Shown: positions 40,066-51,529, numbered from the stretch's first letter. The stretch is DNA of 64,000 bases from Malacoraja senta (GCA_038087875.1 CM075987.1:19718001-19782000), one strand, 5' to 3'. Numbers and translations are program-made. Notes: generated by a model not told the origin, from the sequence alone.

Positions 40066-40178
40066 ATATAAATTGTTTATTATTCACAGAGTACTATGTG
40101 TAGGTTTCAGTTTCTGTTGTGATGCTGCAAGTAATAATTTCATTGTTCCATTTTGGGACATGACAATAAAACACTCTT
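39828..40178 (+). mobile_element. Rex1/Babar 3' end containing a (TA)n tract at about 40010-40070
   Basis: HTLISLLPSGRRYRSLKT remnant; GACAATAAAACACTCTT tail. Confidence 0.8.
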
Positions 40179-40179
40179 A

Positions 40180-40525
40180 GAAGAATGAGAAGTGAACTCA
40201 CTGAAACTTACAAAATTCTTAGAAGGCTTGATAGGCTGGACACAGGGAAATTGTTTCAAACGACCAAGTGATCTAGAACTGGAATGAGTCCTAGAACAAG
40301 GGAGGGATATTTAGCACTCAGATAAGGAGAATTTTTTGCGTACAGAGAGTCATGAGCTTTTGGAATTCTCTATGAAGATGGGCCGTGGAGACAGCCATTG
40401 ACTCCCAAATAAGAGATTGATAGATTTATGGATATCTAGAACATCAAGAATTATGAGAATAGTGCAGTAAAATGGTGTTGAGATCAAAGATTTATTGCGA
40501 TCTTGATGAATAGTACAAAAGATTC
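40180..40525 (+). mobile_element. CR1 3' fragment
   Basis: RRMRSELTETYKILRRLDRLD remnant. Confidence 0.8.
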
Positions 40526-40527
40526 AA

Positions 40528-40925
40528 GTGTAGAAACAAGAACTGCAGATGCTGGTTTACAAAATAAAGATACAAGGTCCTGGAGTAACTCAGCAGGTCA
40601 GGGTGCACCTGTGGGGAACATGGACAGGTGACTTTTCGGGTCGGGACCTTTCTTCAGGCTGATTGTCGGGGAAGAAAGCTGGAAGAGAGGAGTGGCAGGA
40701 CAAAGCCTGCATGTAATAGGTGTAACATCTGCATATCAAAACTCTCTCTCTCCTATATCCACATACTACTTCCCAGGTTTTATGCTGCCCCTCCACTCTT
40801 CCTGCTTTCTTCTCAACCCCTATCATCTGTTTATAGTAGGGTCCTGACACGAAACATCACCTACCCATGTTCTCCAGAGATGCTGCCTGACCCGATGAGC
40901 TACTCCAGCACTTTGTGTCTTTTTT
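40528..40925. mobile_element. PLE pseudo-LTR remnants in inverted arrangement
   Basis: Minus arm about 40528-40725, plus arm about 40730-40925. Confidence 0.75.
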
Positions 40926-41179
40926 TCTATGAATACAAGTTGCTCTTGTTTTGCACTCCAATCAGCCAAGCAATTGTTTGGTAAAAGTTTTATCTTATTT
41001 CACTACTACCATCGGGAAGAAGGTGACAGGAAAACCGCAAGCACTAGGTTCAAGAATAGCTTCTTCTGAGCAACCATCAGACTCTAGAACGCTGCACGAC
41101 ACTAACCATTACCTCAGCAATTATGATCTTCTATGGACTGTGTCTTTGATTGCACTATCGACTTCTGTTTTCACACTAT

Positions 41180-41570
41180 TAAGAAGGATGTAAAGTTTTG
41201 GAAAGGGTGTAGATGAGGTTTACCTGAATGCTGCCTGGATTGGAAGGTTTTAGCTATGAAGAAAGGTTGGACCTACTTGGAACGCCAGAGGTAGAGTGGT
41301 GACCTGATTGAAGTTTATAAAATTATGCATAGATATGAAGACAGTCAGAACCTTTTTCTTAGGGTGAAAATGTCAAAAAATAACGGGGATAACTTTAAGG
41401 TGCTGGTATTGGAGGCAGATACAATAGTGGCATTTAAGAATCTCTTGGATAGGCACGTGAACATGCAGGGACTGGAGGGAAATGGATCATATGCAGGCAG
41501 AGGAGAGAGTTAACTTGACATCATGTTTGGCGGAGACATAGTGGGAAGGTCCTATTTTATGTACTGTCAT
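41180..41570 (+). mobile_element. CR1 3' fragment inserted within a Rex1 3' remnant (about 41000-41180 and 41570-41716)
   Basis: MLPGLEGFSYEERLDLLG remnant. Confidence 0.75.
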
Positions 41571-41805
41571 GCTTGCACTAAGAATTTTGTTTTCTTTGCA
41601 TTAATATGAGCATTAATATTATCTGTGTATTATGTTTAAAGGCCTATAATGCTGCTGCAAGTAAGAACTCCATTATTCCATTGTCCATACATATTATAAC
41701 ACAAACATTCTTGACTCGTTGTATTGTACTGTTCTATGCATGGTTACCTAGTGTAATGAGTCGAGTCGTACACTATCTGGGCGTAACATTGTTCAGTATC
41801 AGTTA

Positions 41806-42127
41806 AGGCCCTATCCCACTTTCCCGAGTTACTCACGAACTCTCCCGAGTTTTCCCCTTGATTCGAACTCGGGGAATGTCGGGTAATGTCGGTAGCGAGC
41901 TCGTAGGAGCCCGATGGAGTTCGTAGATGTTTCGTAGCGGCTCGTAATGCCAGCCGTAGGAATTCTGGGCATTAGGTAAGTCGGGACATTTTTTCATCAT
42001 GTTGAAAAATGTCCACGAGTTAGAAAATTAGCCCCGAGTACCTACGAACGGCTATTACCATAATTCTCCGAGTTCGAATCAAGGGGAAAACTCGGGAGAG
42101 TTCGTGAGTAACTCGGGAAAGTGGGAC
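41806..42127. mobile_element. PIF/Harbinger-like MITE with long TIRs; last bases of the right end missing
   Basis: About 65-bp near-perfect inverted repeats (41813-41877, 42063-42126); preceded by TTA. Confidence 0.75.
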
Positions 42128-42910
42128 GCATCACATGTGAGCGTTTTGGGTAACTACAAAGCGAAATAGGCGAGGGTGGGTGCGCTGGCCAGCTGCAACT
42201 TAAGCATATCAAAAGCTCTTTGGTGCTGCGGATACCAGGACCATGCAGTGCTTTGTGTGTCAGTTCCCGCAGAGGGGCAGATATATCGCTGAGATTGGGA
42301 ATAAATTTCCCCAGGCAGTTGACCATTCCAAGGAACCTTTGTAGAGTCGTAACATCAGTAGGAGCCGGCATTTCTTTGATAGCAGCAGTCTTCGATGGGT
42401 CTGGTCTGAGACCATCACTTGTGAAAACATGTCCGACGTAGGTAACTTCCGGGACCCGAAACTTGCACTTCAGGGGATTGAGTTTGAGCTGAATGTCTTT
42501 GGCACGGTCCAGCACTTTCTTCAGATTAGCGTCATGCTCAGCCAAATTGCACCCGTAGACGAGAATGTCATCAACAATAATGGCGCATGGATACCCCGCA
42601 AACAGTTGTTCCATCGTGCGTTGGAAAACCTCGCTGGCAGAGTTGATGCCAATGGGCATTCTCAGGAATTTGTAACGGCCGAAGGGGGTGCCGAACGTAG
42701 TAAGGTTGGATGAGTCTGGGTCCAGCGGAATCTGCCAAAACAAACTTTTGGCATCCAGAACGGAGAACACTGATGCGTTGCCTATTTGAGCAGCAACTTC
42801 CGCTACAGTTTGCATAGGGTAGTGCGGTCATTTGATAACTGCGTTGCGATCCCTGGGGTTTATGCAGATACAGATTTCCTCCTTGTTCTTCTTTGTTGCA
42901 ACCACCATGG
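42124..42910 (-). mobile_element. Ty3/Gypsy LTR-retrotransposon pol fragment (RT up to the start of RNase H), no LTRs seen
   Basis: MVVATKKNKEEICICINPRD, FSVLDAKSLFWQI, TTFGTPFGRYKFLRMPIG, IIVDDILVYG, QRFLGMVNCLGKFIPNL and, after a frameshift, LTCDAS. Confidence 0.92.
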
Positions 42911-42994
42911 TTTAATACTATTTTTAATTCATTGTTACCTAGTATTAGGTAGCTAGTTATTCATTGTTACCTAGTAATTCATTGTTTAGTTTAC

Positions 42995-43282
42995 TTTAGA
43001 GATACAGCATGGAAACAGGCCCTTCTGCTCCGAGTTCATGCTGACTTTTTCACACTAGTACAATGTAATCTCATTTTTGCATTCACTTGCGAAATGCTAG
43101 CGGCTATTTACAGAGGCCAATTCCAATACAAACCCACATGTTTTGGGAATATGAGAGGAAACTGGAGGAAACCCACACAATCACAAAGAGAATGTGAAAA
43201 CTCCACACAACACCGGAGATCAGGATCGAACCTGGATCTCTGGTGCTGTGAGGCAGTAGCTCTACCAGCTATGCCACAGTAC
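42995..43282 (-). mobile_element. tRNA-derived SINE
   Basis: Minus strand TGGCATAGCTGGTAGAG (A box) and AGGTTCGATCC (B box); CR1-like tail. Confidence 0.82.
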
Positions 43283-43451
43283 TGACTTGTATTATTGATG
43301 ATTATATATTGATCTGGTGTTTTGCACTGAAGCTAAGCTGAAGCAAGAAGGAATTTAACTGTTGTTTTGCTGGTACAAATGATAATTAAACACTCTTGAC
43401 TCTTGTGAGTTTTTAATTCATTTGAGGCTGATCGCTACATGCAGCGGTAAT

Positions 43452-43910
43452 GTGCAGGAACGAACTGCAGATGCTGATTTACACCGAAGATAGGCACAGA
43501 ATGCTGGAGTAACTCAGCGGGACAGGCAGCATCTCTGGAGAGAAGGAATGGGTGACATTTCGGGTCGAGACCCTTCAGACCGAGAGTCAGGGGAGATGTA
43601 AACTAGAGATATGGAAGAGTGAGGTGTGAGTGTGTGTGTGTGAAAAGGACAGGTCAAAGCAGACCATGGTCAAGGAAATGTAGAACGGTTCATTATTAGC
43701 TGAGAAGGTGACAACGCGACATACAATCAGTAAAATTAACTAGGACAGTTAAACGAGTCGGAGAACGAAGGTGGGGGAGGGACGGAGAGAGAGAGAGAAA
43801 GCAAGGGTTACTTGAAGTTAGATAAATCAAATTTAGATAGCTGGTTTGTAATAAGCCGAAGCGAAATATGAGGCGCTTTTCCACCAATTTGCGTTGCGAC
43901 TCACACTGAC
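43452..43910 (-). mobile_element. Penelope-like element 3' end
   Basis: CQCESQRKLVEKRLIFRFGLLQ (C-terminus of PLE GIY-YIG region); hammerhead-like motif with a 3-nt deletion at about 43550-43582. Confidence 0.85.
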
Positions 43911-44719
43911 ATTCTGCAGTAATGTTTGCGGCCCTCGTGCCAGCGGCGGCCCTCGTGCCCGGCGGCGGTTGGGCGAGGCGCGCGCGCGCTGGCTCTATTC
44001 CTCCATCGCCCTGAAGAGTTTGTGCCGTCCGCTGGCGCTGACATGTAGTCACCGTTCATCGGTCTTGATAGAGAACATTTAAAGTGTGATGCGAGCTGAA
44101 AAGATGACCCGGGGACTCAAACGGTCTGGCAGAATGGAGCTGTCCAACTCTCTTCCTCTGTGGTCCATGCTCAATGTCCATGACCAAGTGCAGGCTAGAT
44201 GCATGGTCAAACAAAGAGCGATGGCTCAGGCTCAGTGACTGTACCTGTAGTCAGGGCCAACATTACTGGGGCAATTGTATTGGTGAGTCTTGCTGATGAC
44301 AGACTTTTGGCAAGAGATACTTCTCATACTCTTGCCAAGCTTTATGCATTGTGTACTTCAGTGGACAGATCTATAACATTGGTGGAATGGACACAAGAAG
44401 ATATAATCCTAAACACCGAATTGTGCCAATAATGTGCTGGCAGTTAGCCTTAAAAGCCAGTGTGATAATTAAATTGTTATGAACTGGTTTGCTTTTGGAT
44501 TTAATACCATTTACAAGTCCAACGTTATGTTATCTTGATGTTATGACTTGGAGAAACCTAATTTTACCTCACTGTCTATCTCTTCCACTCCCCCCCCCCC
44601 CCCCCCCCGCCCATTTTTTCGGATACAGGGGAAGATAGGAGCAGGAACACATTACTCAGGCCTATGAACTTGAGATTGTAATTTAACAAAAAAATCCACA
44701 ACCTTCTCCTGTGGTATCG

Positions 44720-45608
44720 ATAGAGTGATACAGCGTGGTTGTGTTTGGCTCATATCCCTCTTAATCTATCCTATCCATATACCTGTCTCATTGCTTCTTA
44801 AACGTTGTGATAGTCCCTGCCTCATTTACCTCCATCTTGTAACCTGGTGCAAAGACAATAACCTCCTCTGACAGCTCGTTCCATACACCCAACACCCTTT
44901 GCGTGACTAAGTCACCCCTCAGATTCCTATCAAATCTTTCCCCTCCACCTTAAACCTATGTTCTCTGGTTCTCGATTTCCCCACTGGGCAAGAGGCTCTG
45001 TGCTTCCACCTGATCTATTCCTCTCATGATTTTAGACACCTCTATAAGACCCCCTCCTCATCCCCTTGCGCTCTAGGGAATAGGGTCCTAGCCTGCTCAA
45101 CCTCCCTATAGTTCTGGCCCTCGAGTCCTGGCAACATCCTTGTAAATCTTCTCTGCACCCTTTCCAACTTAACAACATATTTCCTATAACATGGTGCCTG
45201 CATTCCTAGGTTCTTCGACTCTACTCTAAAACACTTCCCAGAGCCATGCTATTCATTATGTAGGTCCTGTCCATGTTAGTCTTCCAAAATGCAACACCTC
45301 ACATTTCTCTGTATTAAATTCCATTAACCATTCCTCAGCCCACCTGGCCAACCGATCAAGATCCTGCTGCAATTTTTGACAACTATTTTCACCACCTTCA
45401 ATATCACCCACTTTTGTATCATCTGCAAATTTGCTAATCTTACCATGTACATTCTTATTCAAATCATTGATATAGATGACAAACAATAATGGGCCCAGCA
45501 CCAAACCCTGAGGCACACCACTAGTCATAGGTCTCCAGTTCGAGAAGCAACCTTCCACCATCACGCTCTGCTTCCATCCATGAAGCCAATTCTTTATCCA
45601 TTCAGCGA
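44720..45608 (-). mobile_element. CR1 RT/3' fragment
   Basis: TSGVPQGLVLGPLLFVIYINDL, SKFADDTKVG; 3' tail at about 44720-44800. Confidence 0.9.
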
Positions 45609-45610
45609 TA

Positions 45611-46421
45611 TACATAGATACATAGAAAATAGGTGCAGGAGTAGGCCATTCGGCCCTTCGAGCCTGCACCGCCATTCAATATGATCATGGCTGATCATCC
45701 AACTCAGTATCCCGTACCTGCCTTCTCTCCATACCCCCTGATCCCCTTAGCCACAAGGGCCACATCTAACTCCCTCTTAAATATAGCCAATGAACTGGCC
45801 TCAACTACCCTCTGTGGCAGAGAGTTCCAGAGATTCACCACTCTCTGTGTGAAAAAGTTTTTCCTCATCTCGGTCTTAAAGGATTTCCCCCTTATCCTTC
45901 AGCTGTGACCCCTTGTCCTGGACTTCCCCAACATCGGGAACAATCTTCCTGCATCTAGCCTGTCCAACCCCATAAGAATTTTGTACGTTTCTATAAGATC
46001 CCCTCTCAATCTCCTAAATTCTAGCGAGTATAAGCCAAGTCTATCCAGTCTTTCTTCATATGAAAGTCCTGACATCCCAGGAATCAGTCTGGTGAACCTT
46101 CTCTGCACTCCCTCTATGGCTATAATGTCCTTCCTCAGATTTGGACACCAAAACTGTACGCAATACTCTAGGTGTGGTCTCACCAAGACCCTGTACAACT
46201 GCAGTATAACCTCCCTGCTCCTATACTCAAATCCTCTTGCTATGAAGGCCAACATACCATTCGCTTTCTTCACTGCCTGCTGCACCTGCATGCCTACTTT
46301 CAATGACTGGTGTACCATGACACCCAGGTCTCGCTGCATCTCCCCATTTCCTAATCGGACACCATTTAGATAATAGTCTGCCTTCGCGTTTTTGCCACCA
46401 AAGTGGATAACCTCACATTTA
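45611..46421 (-). mobile_element. Young 5'-truncated CR1, same subfamily as 19989-21391
   Basis: KCEVIHFGGKN ... RPHLEYCVQFW ... GLYSLEFRRLRGDLIETYKIL; near-identical 3' UTR. Confidence 0.95.
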
Positions 46422-46424
46422 TTG

Positions 46425-47463
46425 CATAGGATCCCCAACTGGAGTACACGCAGTGAACTGCAGGTAAGCACTTACCATGGCTTCCAGTGTAACGGGCCCA
46501 TCTTCTGTCCCAGCATCTGGACTCCACGGTGACTGATTCCACACTCGCGGACCCCGGGCCGTCTATCCCCGCGGTCAGGGGTGGGGTGTGGGGGGTGGGG
46601 GGGGGAGGTCAGGGGGGTGGTGCCGATGCAGCGCGGTCAGAGACTCTGGGTGGGTGGAGGGACCAGACTGTCCCCAACTCTGCTGCAGCTGACAGGGACG
46701 TTGCTGGGTGGTCCGGGGGGGGTGTGGTTGGGGGATGGTCGGGGGGGATGGGGGTGGTCGGGGGGGTCGGGTAGGTGGGTGGTCGGGGGGGGGGGGGTGG
46801 GAGGTTTGTGGGGGGGGGAGTGGTCGGGGTGGCAGGGTGCTGATGCAACGTGGTCAGTGACTGGGTGGGCGGAGGGTCCAGACTGTTCCCAACTCTGCTG
46901 CAGCTGACGGGGATGTTGCCGGGTAGTCGGGGGTGGTCGTGGGGGGGGGGTGTGGTCAGTGGGGGGGGAGTCAGTGACTCTGGGTGGGCGGAGGGACCAA
47001 ACTGTCCCCAACTCTGCTGCAGATGACGGGGACCTTTCCGGGTTTTCGTCCCCGTGTGTTTGCTGCCAGGAGCCGTGGCCCCGCTCCACCTGGCCCCGTG
47101 TGTGGGTGCTGCCGACCCACAGCCCGTGACAGTGCGGCCACACAGGGGGAGGGTGGGCGGAGGACGGCCGTGGCCGGACAGCGCTGACCCTGGGGGGAGA
47201 GTGGGGGCTGTCCCGAGGGATGCGCTCCTTTGGCCACTTACACCTTGGTGCTCGGGTTCAGAGCAAAGATACTAGAGGATTTGGTTCAGAGTGCTCAGTC
47301 ACCCTCCACAATTATTTACAGCGCAAAATGTTACCATTTCGTCGTTTTTTATCAAGTAAAAAAGTACCCGTTTCATGTGCCATGTCCTCCAGAGGGATTG
47401 AGCTGCTCCGTGCGTCACGCCCTTTGACCCGATGACCTTATGTGCACCCACCCCCCCCTATAG
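46425..47463 (-). mobile_element. Unclassified GC-rich element, probably a non-autonomous DNA transposon, with a THAP-like remnant and internal repeats
   Basis: Sharp GC/CpG step against AT-rich flanks; three copies of a roughly 60-bp unit; minus-strand MVTFCAVNNC from 47337; left end abuts the CR1. Confidence 0.45.
47264..47283. mobile_element. 20-bp TIR remnant between 8-bp direct repeats
   Basis: GTTCAGAG-CAAAGATACTAGAGGA-TTTG-GTTCAGAG. Confidence 0.8.
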
Positions 47464-47784
47464 TCGACTGAAATCTACCTATGCTAGATTTAAAATTAAC
47501 AATTGATATGTGCCTCATCTGAAAGACTTGACTCTCATTAATCTTCAAATTGTAGACTCCTCAAACATGGGACATTGTGCCGCAGTCACCCTTATCTGTT
47601 TCTTTCAACTGGTTTCCTGATAAGAGAAATAAATTATTTCTATTTATCCCATTAGGATTTTCATCATTTTACAAACTTTGCTTAAATCTCCCCTTTGTCC
47701 ATATATTGTGACAAAAACATGCCTAGTCTAGGTCATCTCCCCAACTATAATTCCCCTGCTCTGGCAACATTCTTGTAAACCTTT

Positions 47785-47975
47785 TTTCTCTCTCTGTCTC
47801 CGTCTCTCTATCTCTCTCTTTCTCCCTCATTCTCCATCTCTCTCTGTCTATCTCTATCTATCAATCTCTATTTATCTATATCTATCTCTCTCTTTCTCAA
47901 TTTCCATCTCCGTCTATATCTATTGAACTATCTATATATCGAACTATCTATATATCGAACTATCTATATATCGAA

Positions 47976-48060
<85 letters not shown>

Positions 48061-48075
48061 AATTATCTATATACA

Positions 48076-48125
<50 letters not shown>
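47785..48125. repeat. Compound microsatellite: (TC)n, 16-bp ATCGAACTATCTATAT repeats, (TATC)n, (TA)n
   Basis: Direct reading; lies within old minus-strand CR1 debris (about 47600-48860). Confidence 0.95.
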
Positions 48126-49319
48126 TTTCCAAATTGTAGTTTGTGACAGTTCTAACCTGTAGAATAGTGCAAGCAACCTTTGCTATGGCCTCATATTTTA
48201 TAGAGTATTATAGTGTAATTTTCTAGCTCTTGTAGTCTTTGCTCAGTCAGTAAAGGCAAGTACCATGCCGCTTTAACCGATATAACTACCTGTGCTGCCA
48301 ACATATGCATTCAATCACACTTGTTAAGACTGAAATCCACTTGTCATTTCCATGCTCCACTAACTGGCCCATAGTTATATTCTTGGAGACTTCAACTTTC
48401 CTTTTAATTGTTGACCACATTGTTGGAGTTACTGGCATCAGCAAACTGCCTAACTATGGCCTCTATATTTTAAACCAAAATGAACCGTTTTTTAAAAAAG
48501 CACTTGGTACTGAGCCCTGTAGGACCCCATTGCCTGCTATCAAACATAATCGCGTCCTGTCACTGAACCAATTTTTAATTCCATTTGCTACTTTACCTGG
48601 ATCTCTAGGTTTAAAAAATTCTTGGTCAATCTGCCATGTAGGACTTTGTTCAATGCCTTGCTAAAATTCATATACACTACATTAAATGCATTACTTTTGA
48701 CCAATTTCCTCATTAATTGCTCCTTCCTTTGAATCTCTAAATCCCTCAGAATCTTTCATAGACTTTCCATGACTGATGTTAATTGGAAAGCATTTACTAA
48801 GTCTATAACTTTTATAAAACTATGATACCAATTCGGCAACTTTATTGTTCTCAGACACCTTAATTGTAGTCAAAGTGTATTGGAAAATGATAGTCAGGAC
48901 CAGCGCCTTATACCCCTGCTTGCTTCTCTTAAGAGCCTGCAAAACATTTTAACTGAATCTGGCAATTTATCCATTCTTGAAGGAACAAGATTGTTAACAT
49001 TTATCATTGTAAACATTTTATTTTTTCCCCTGTAAAATTAATGCCCCTTTAAACCCCCTCTTCTGATTTGTATCACCAAGTTCTCGTGCTCTGGCTCAAA
49101 TAACAGTAAGACAGGTTACCAGTTCCAATGTAGCCGCCTGATTAACTGTGAAACTGCTAATGACATGTAGTTTGGTTCCCACTGACTAACCTTGCAAATG
49201 AAATCACAATTTGAAATTAAAGATGATAAATTCTAACAGAAAAGCTTAACTACATTTTAGAATGAAATCCCCCTTCCACTCTGACCTCTTTATTCTTGTC
49301 CTAAGAAAGTCTGATTTTA

Positions 49320-49625
49320 GGTGACACCGCTAGTAGAGCTTTTGCCTCACAGCTCCAGTGACAGGTGTTTGATCCTGATCTCCGGCACTGTCTGAGTGGA
49401 CTTTGCATGCTCTCCCTGCGACCGCATGGGTTTCCTCTGGATGGTCTGGTTGCTTCCCTCATCGCTAATACGTGCCGGTTGGTAGATAAATTGGCCACTA
49501 TAAATTGCCCCTCTATGTAGGTAGAATTTTGGGGGAGTTAAAGGGAATATGAGGCAAATAAAATGGGATTAGTGTAAATGGGAGGTTAATGATTGAGGGC
49601 CTGCTTGATATTGTATGCCTCTGTC
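49320..49625 (+). mobile_element. tRNA-derived SINE
   Basis: GTAGAGCTTTTGCCTCACAGCTCCAGTGAC and GTTTGATCC head, with the shared core. Confidence 0.75.
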
Positions 49626-49824
49626 ACTAAATCTTCCAAAAGCCATATTACAATCTTCAAGATTCAGCACTGAATTAATAGTGTTAGGGGCCAAGAATAG
49701 AGAGTCGGAGAAAACAACATTCTAAATATTATTAAGTTTTTCTGTTAATATGTCTTAATTTCAGTCTTAAATATCCAACCTTTCCAGTTTGTGTCCGACT
49801 GGTAAGTTACATTGACCCAAACAG

Positions 49825-50312
49825 CAGGAAAACAGGCCTTTTGGCTCAACTTGTGGTCTCTCTGCACTAGTCTCGCTTACCTGCATTTTGTCCATATTCC
49901 TCAACTTTTCCTATTCCTGTCCAAGTGTCTTTTAAATGCTGTTATAGTACTTGCCTGAACTACTTCCTCCGGCAGCTCGATCCATATTTCCACCACCTTG
50001 AAAAAGTTGCCCCTTGGTTTCCGATTAAATCTTACCCCTCTCATCTTAACCTATGTCCTCTGGTTTTGATTCCCCTATCCTGGGTAAAAGACTGTACATT
50101 CATCCTATGTATTCTACTTATGATTTTATATACTTCTATAAGATCATCCCTCAGCCTCCTGCACTTCAAAGAATAAAGTCCTAGCCTGCCCCACCTCTCC
50201 TTATTGCTCAGTTCCGCGAGTCCTGGCAACATCCTCGTAAATCTTCTCTGCACTCTTTCCAGCTTCATGACATCCTTTCCATAGCAAGGTGACCAAAACT
50301 GAACACAGTACA
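49825..50312 (-). mobile_element. CR1 3' fragment
   Basis: YCVQFWSPCYGKDVMKLERVQRRFTRMLPGL. Confidence 0.9.
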
Positions 50313-50397
50313 TGATGGAAAGTTATCAGTATTAACCTGCTTGACCTACTGGATGTTTCTAGCATCATCTTTTATTTCGCATTTAGAGTAACTGCAG

Positions 50398-50530
50398 GGT
50401 CTGAGGAAAGGTTCTGACTCAAAACATCACCTATCCATGTTCTTCAGAGATGCGGTCTGACGTGCTGAGTTACTCCAGCACTTTGTGCCCTTTTGATAAA
50501 CTGACATTTGCAGTTCCTTGCTTCTACAAA
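50398..50530 (+). mobile_element. PLE-derived repeat
   Basis: GGTCTGAGGAAAGGTTCTGACTCAAAACATCACC ... GCTGAGTTACTCCAGCA. Confidence 0.7.
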
Positions 50531-51529
50531 GGTTTATACCTCACTGTTCCAGCATTTTTTCATCTATTTTCTTTTTCAGTTTACATCTTCTTGAGATAGA
50601 TCCATTGCATTTAATAAATCTCCATCAGCCTCTCTAAACTGGCATTAGTTTCGTCATTTGGTTTCTCTTTGTCTGCATGCTCTCACAGATACTCCCTTTG
50701 TACTCTCCATCCCTCTACTTTAAAAAGTGTTTTGCTTCTACATTTTTTTGCTCTGATAAAAGGTCATCAACCTGAAACATTACCTCTGTTAAGAGTTTAA
50801 GACTATCTGAATTTTTCTGCATGTCAAAATTTTGTTATCCAATTTCCTGCCTCATGTGTTTTTATTTCATTTTCTGATTTACTGATTTCAAATTCTAATT
50901 CAATGAATTATCAGGCTAATAATAACGTAGAAAAGTCAACCCACTCCAGGTTTAATGTTTTTTTTCAAAGGTATTATTGTTTACATAGGCTTTACAAAAA
51001 AAAGAGTAATAGGAGAGTTTTTGACCAGATCTTGTGTTAAAGGTTCACTGATTAATTGTACCACATGGACTATTCCATCACTTTTGTTTGGAGTAATATT
51101 ATGGTCCTAAAATAATAGGAGGTGTGGAATTCATAGTGGAACTGTTTGTGTGTAAAAATATTAGCAACGTGTGAGGTTTTTGCGTCATTCTTCTGTGTCA
51201 CACAGCCACTTTCTGCATTAGCTGAATAAATGGATGGCTTATTTGTCTGCCAGAATTACAAGACTTTGGCAACTATATTCACAAACCCACAGGAATCAAC
51301 AGCATGCTGAAGACCAGCAACAGCACTATTTTAAATGAAATTACCTGGTTCAAAGTCTACACTGATTTCTGTAATGTAGATTTTGATTTTGAATAGCAGT
51401 TCTATAATCCTCTTAAAACTAGAACTTATCATTACATTTAATGTTGTTTAAGTTTAGAACTAAAATAATTCCCTTGTCAAAAATTCAACCATAAAACAAA
51501 TAAGGAAATGGCAGAATACTTAAACACCT

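Noticed and set aside
42042..42815. 257-aa ORF as an intact or domesticated RT gene
   Set aside because: In-frame stop just upstream, frameshift near 42250, and the C-terminus reads into the MITE.
46529..47143. Gly/Pro-rich ORFs and a CRISPR-like repeat-spacer pattern
   Set aside because: G-run low complexity; units are about 60 bp with self-similar spacers, eukaryotic context, no cas genes.
47923..48162. 79-aa ORF with YLSI repeats
   Set aside because: Translation of (TATC)n and (TA)n microsatellites.
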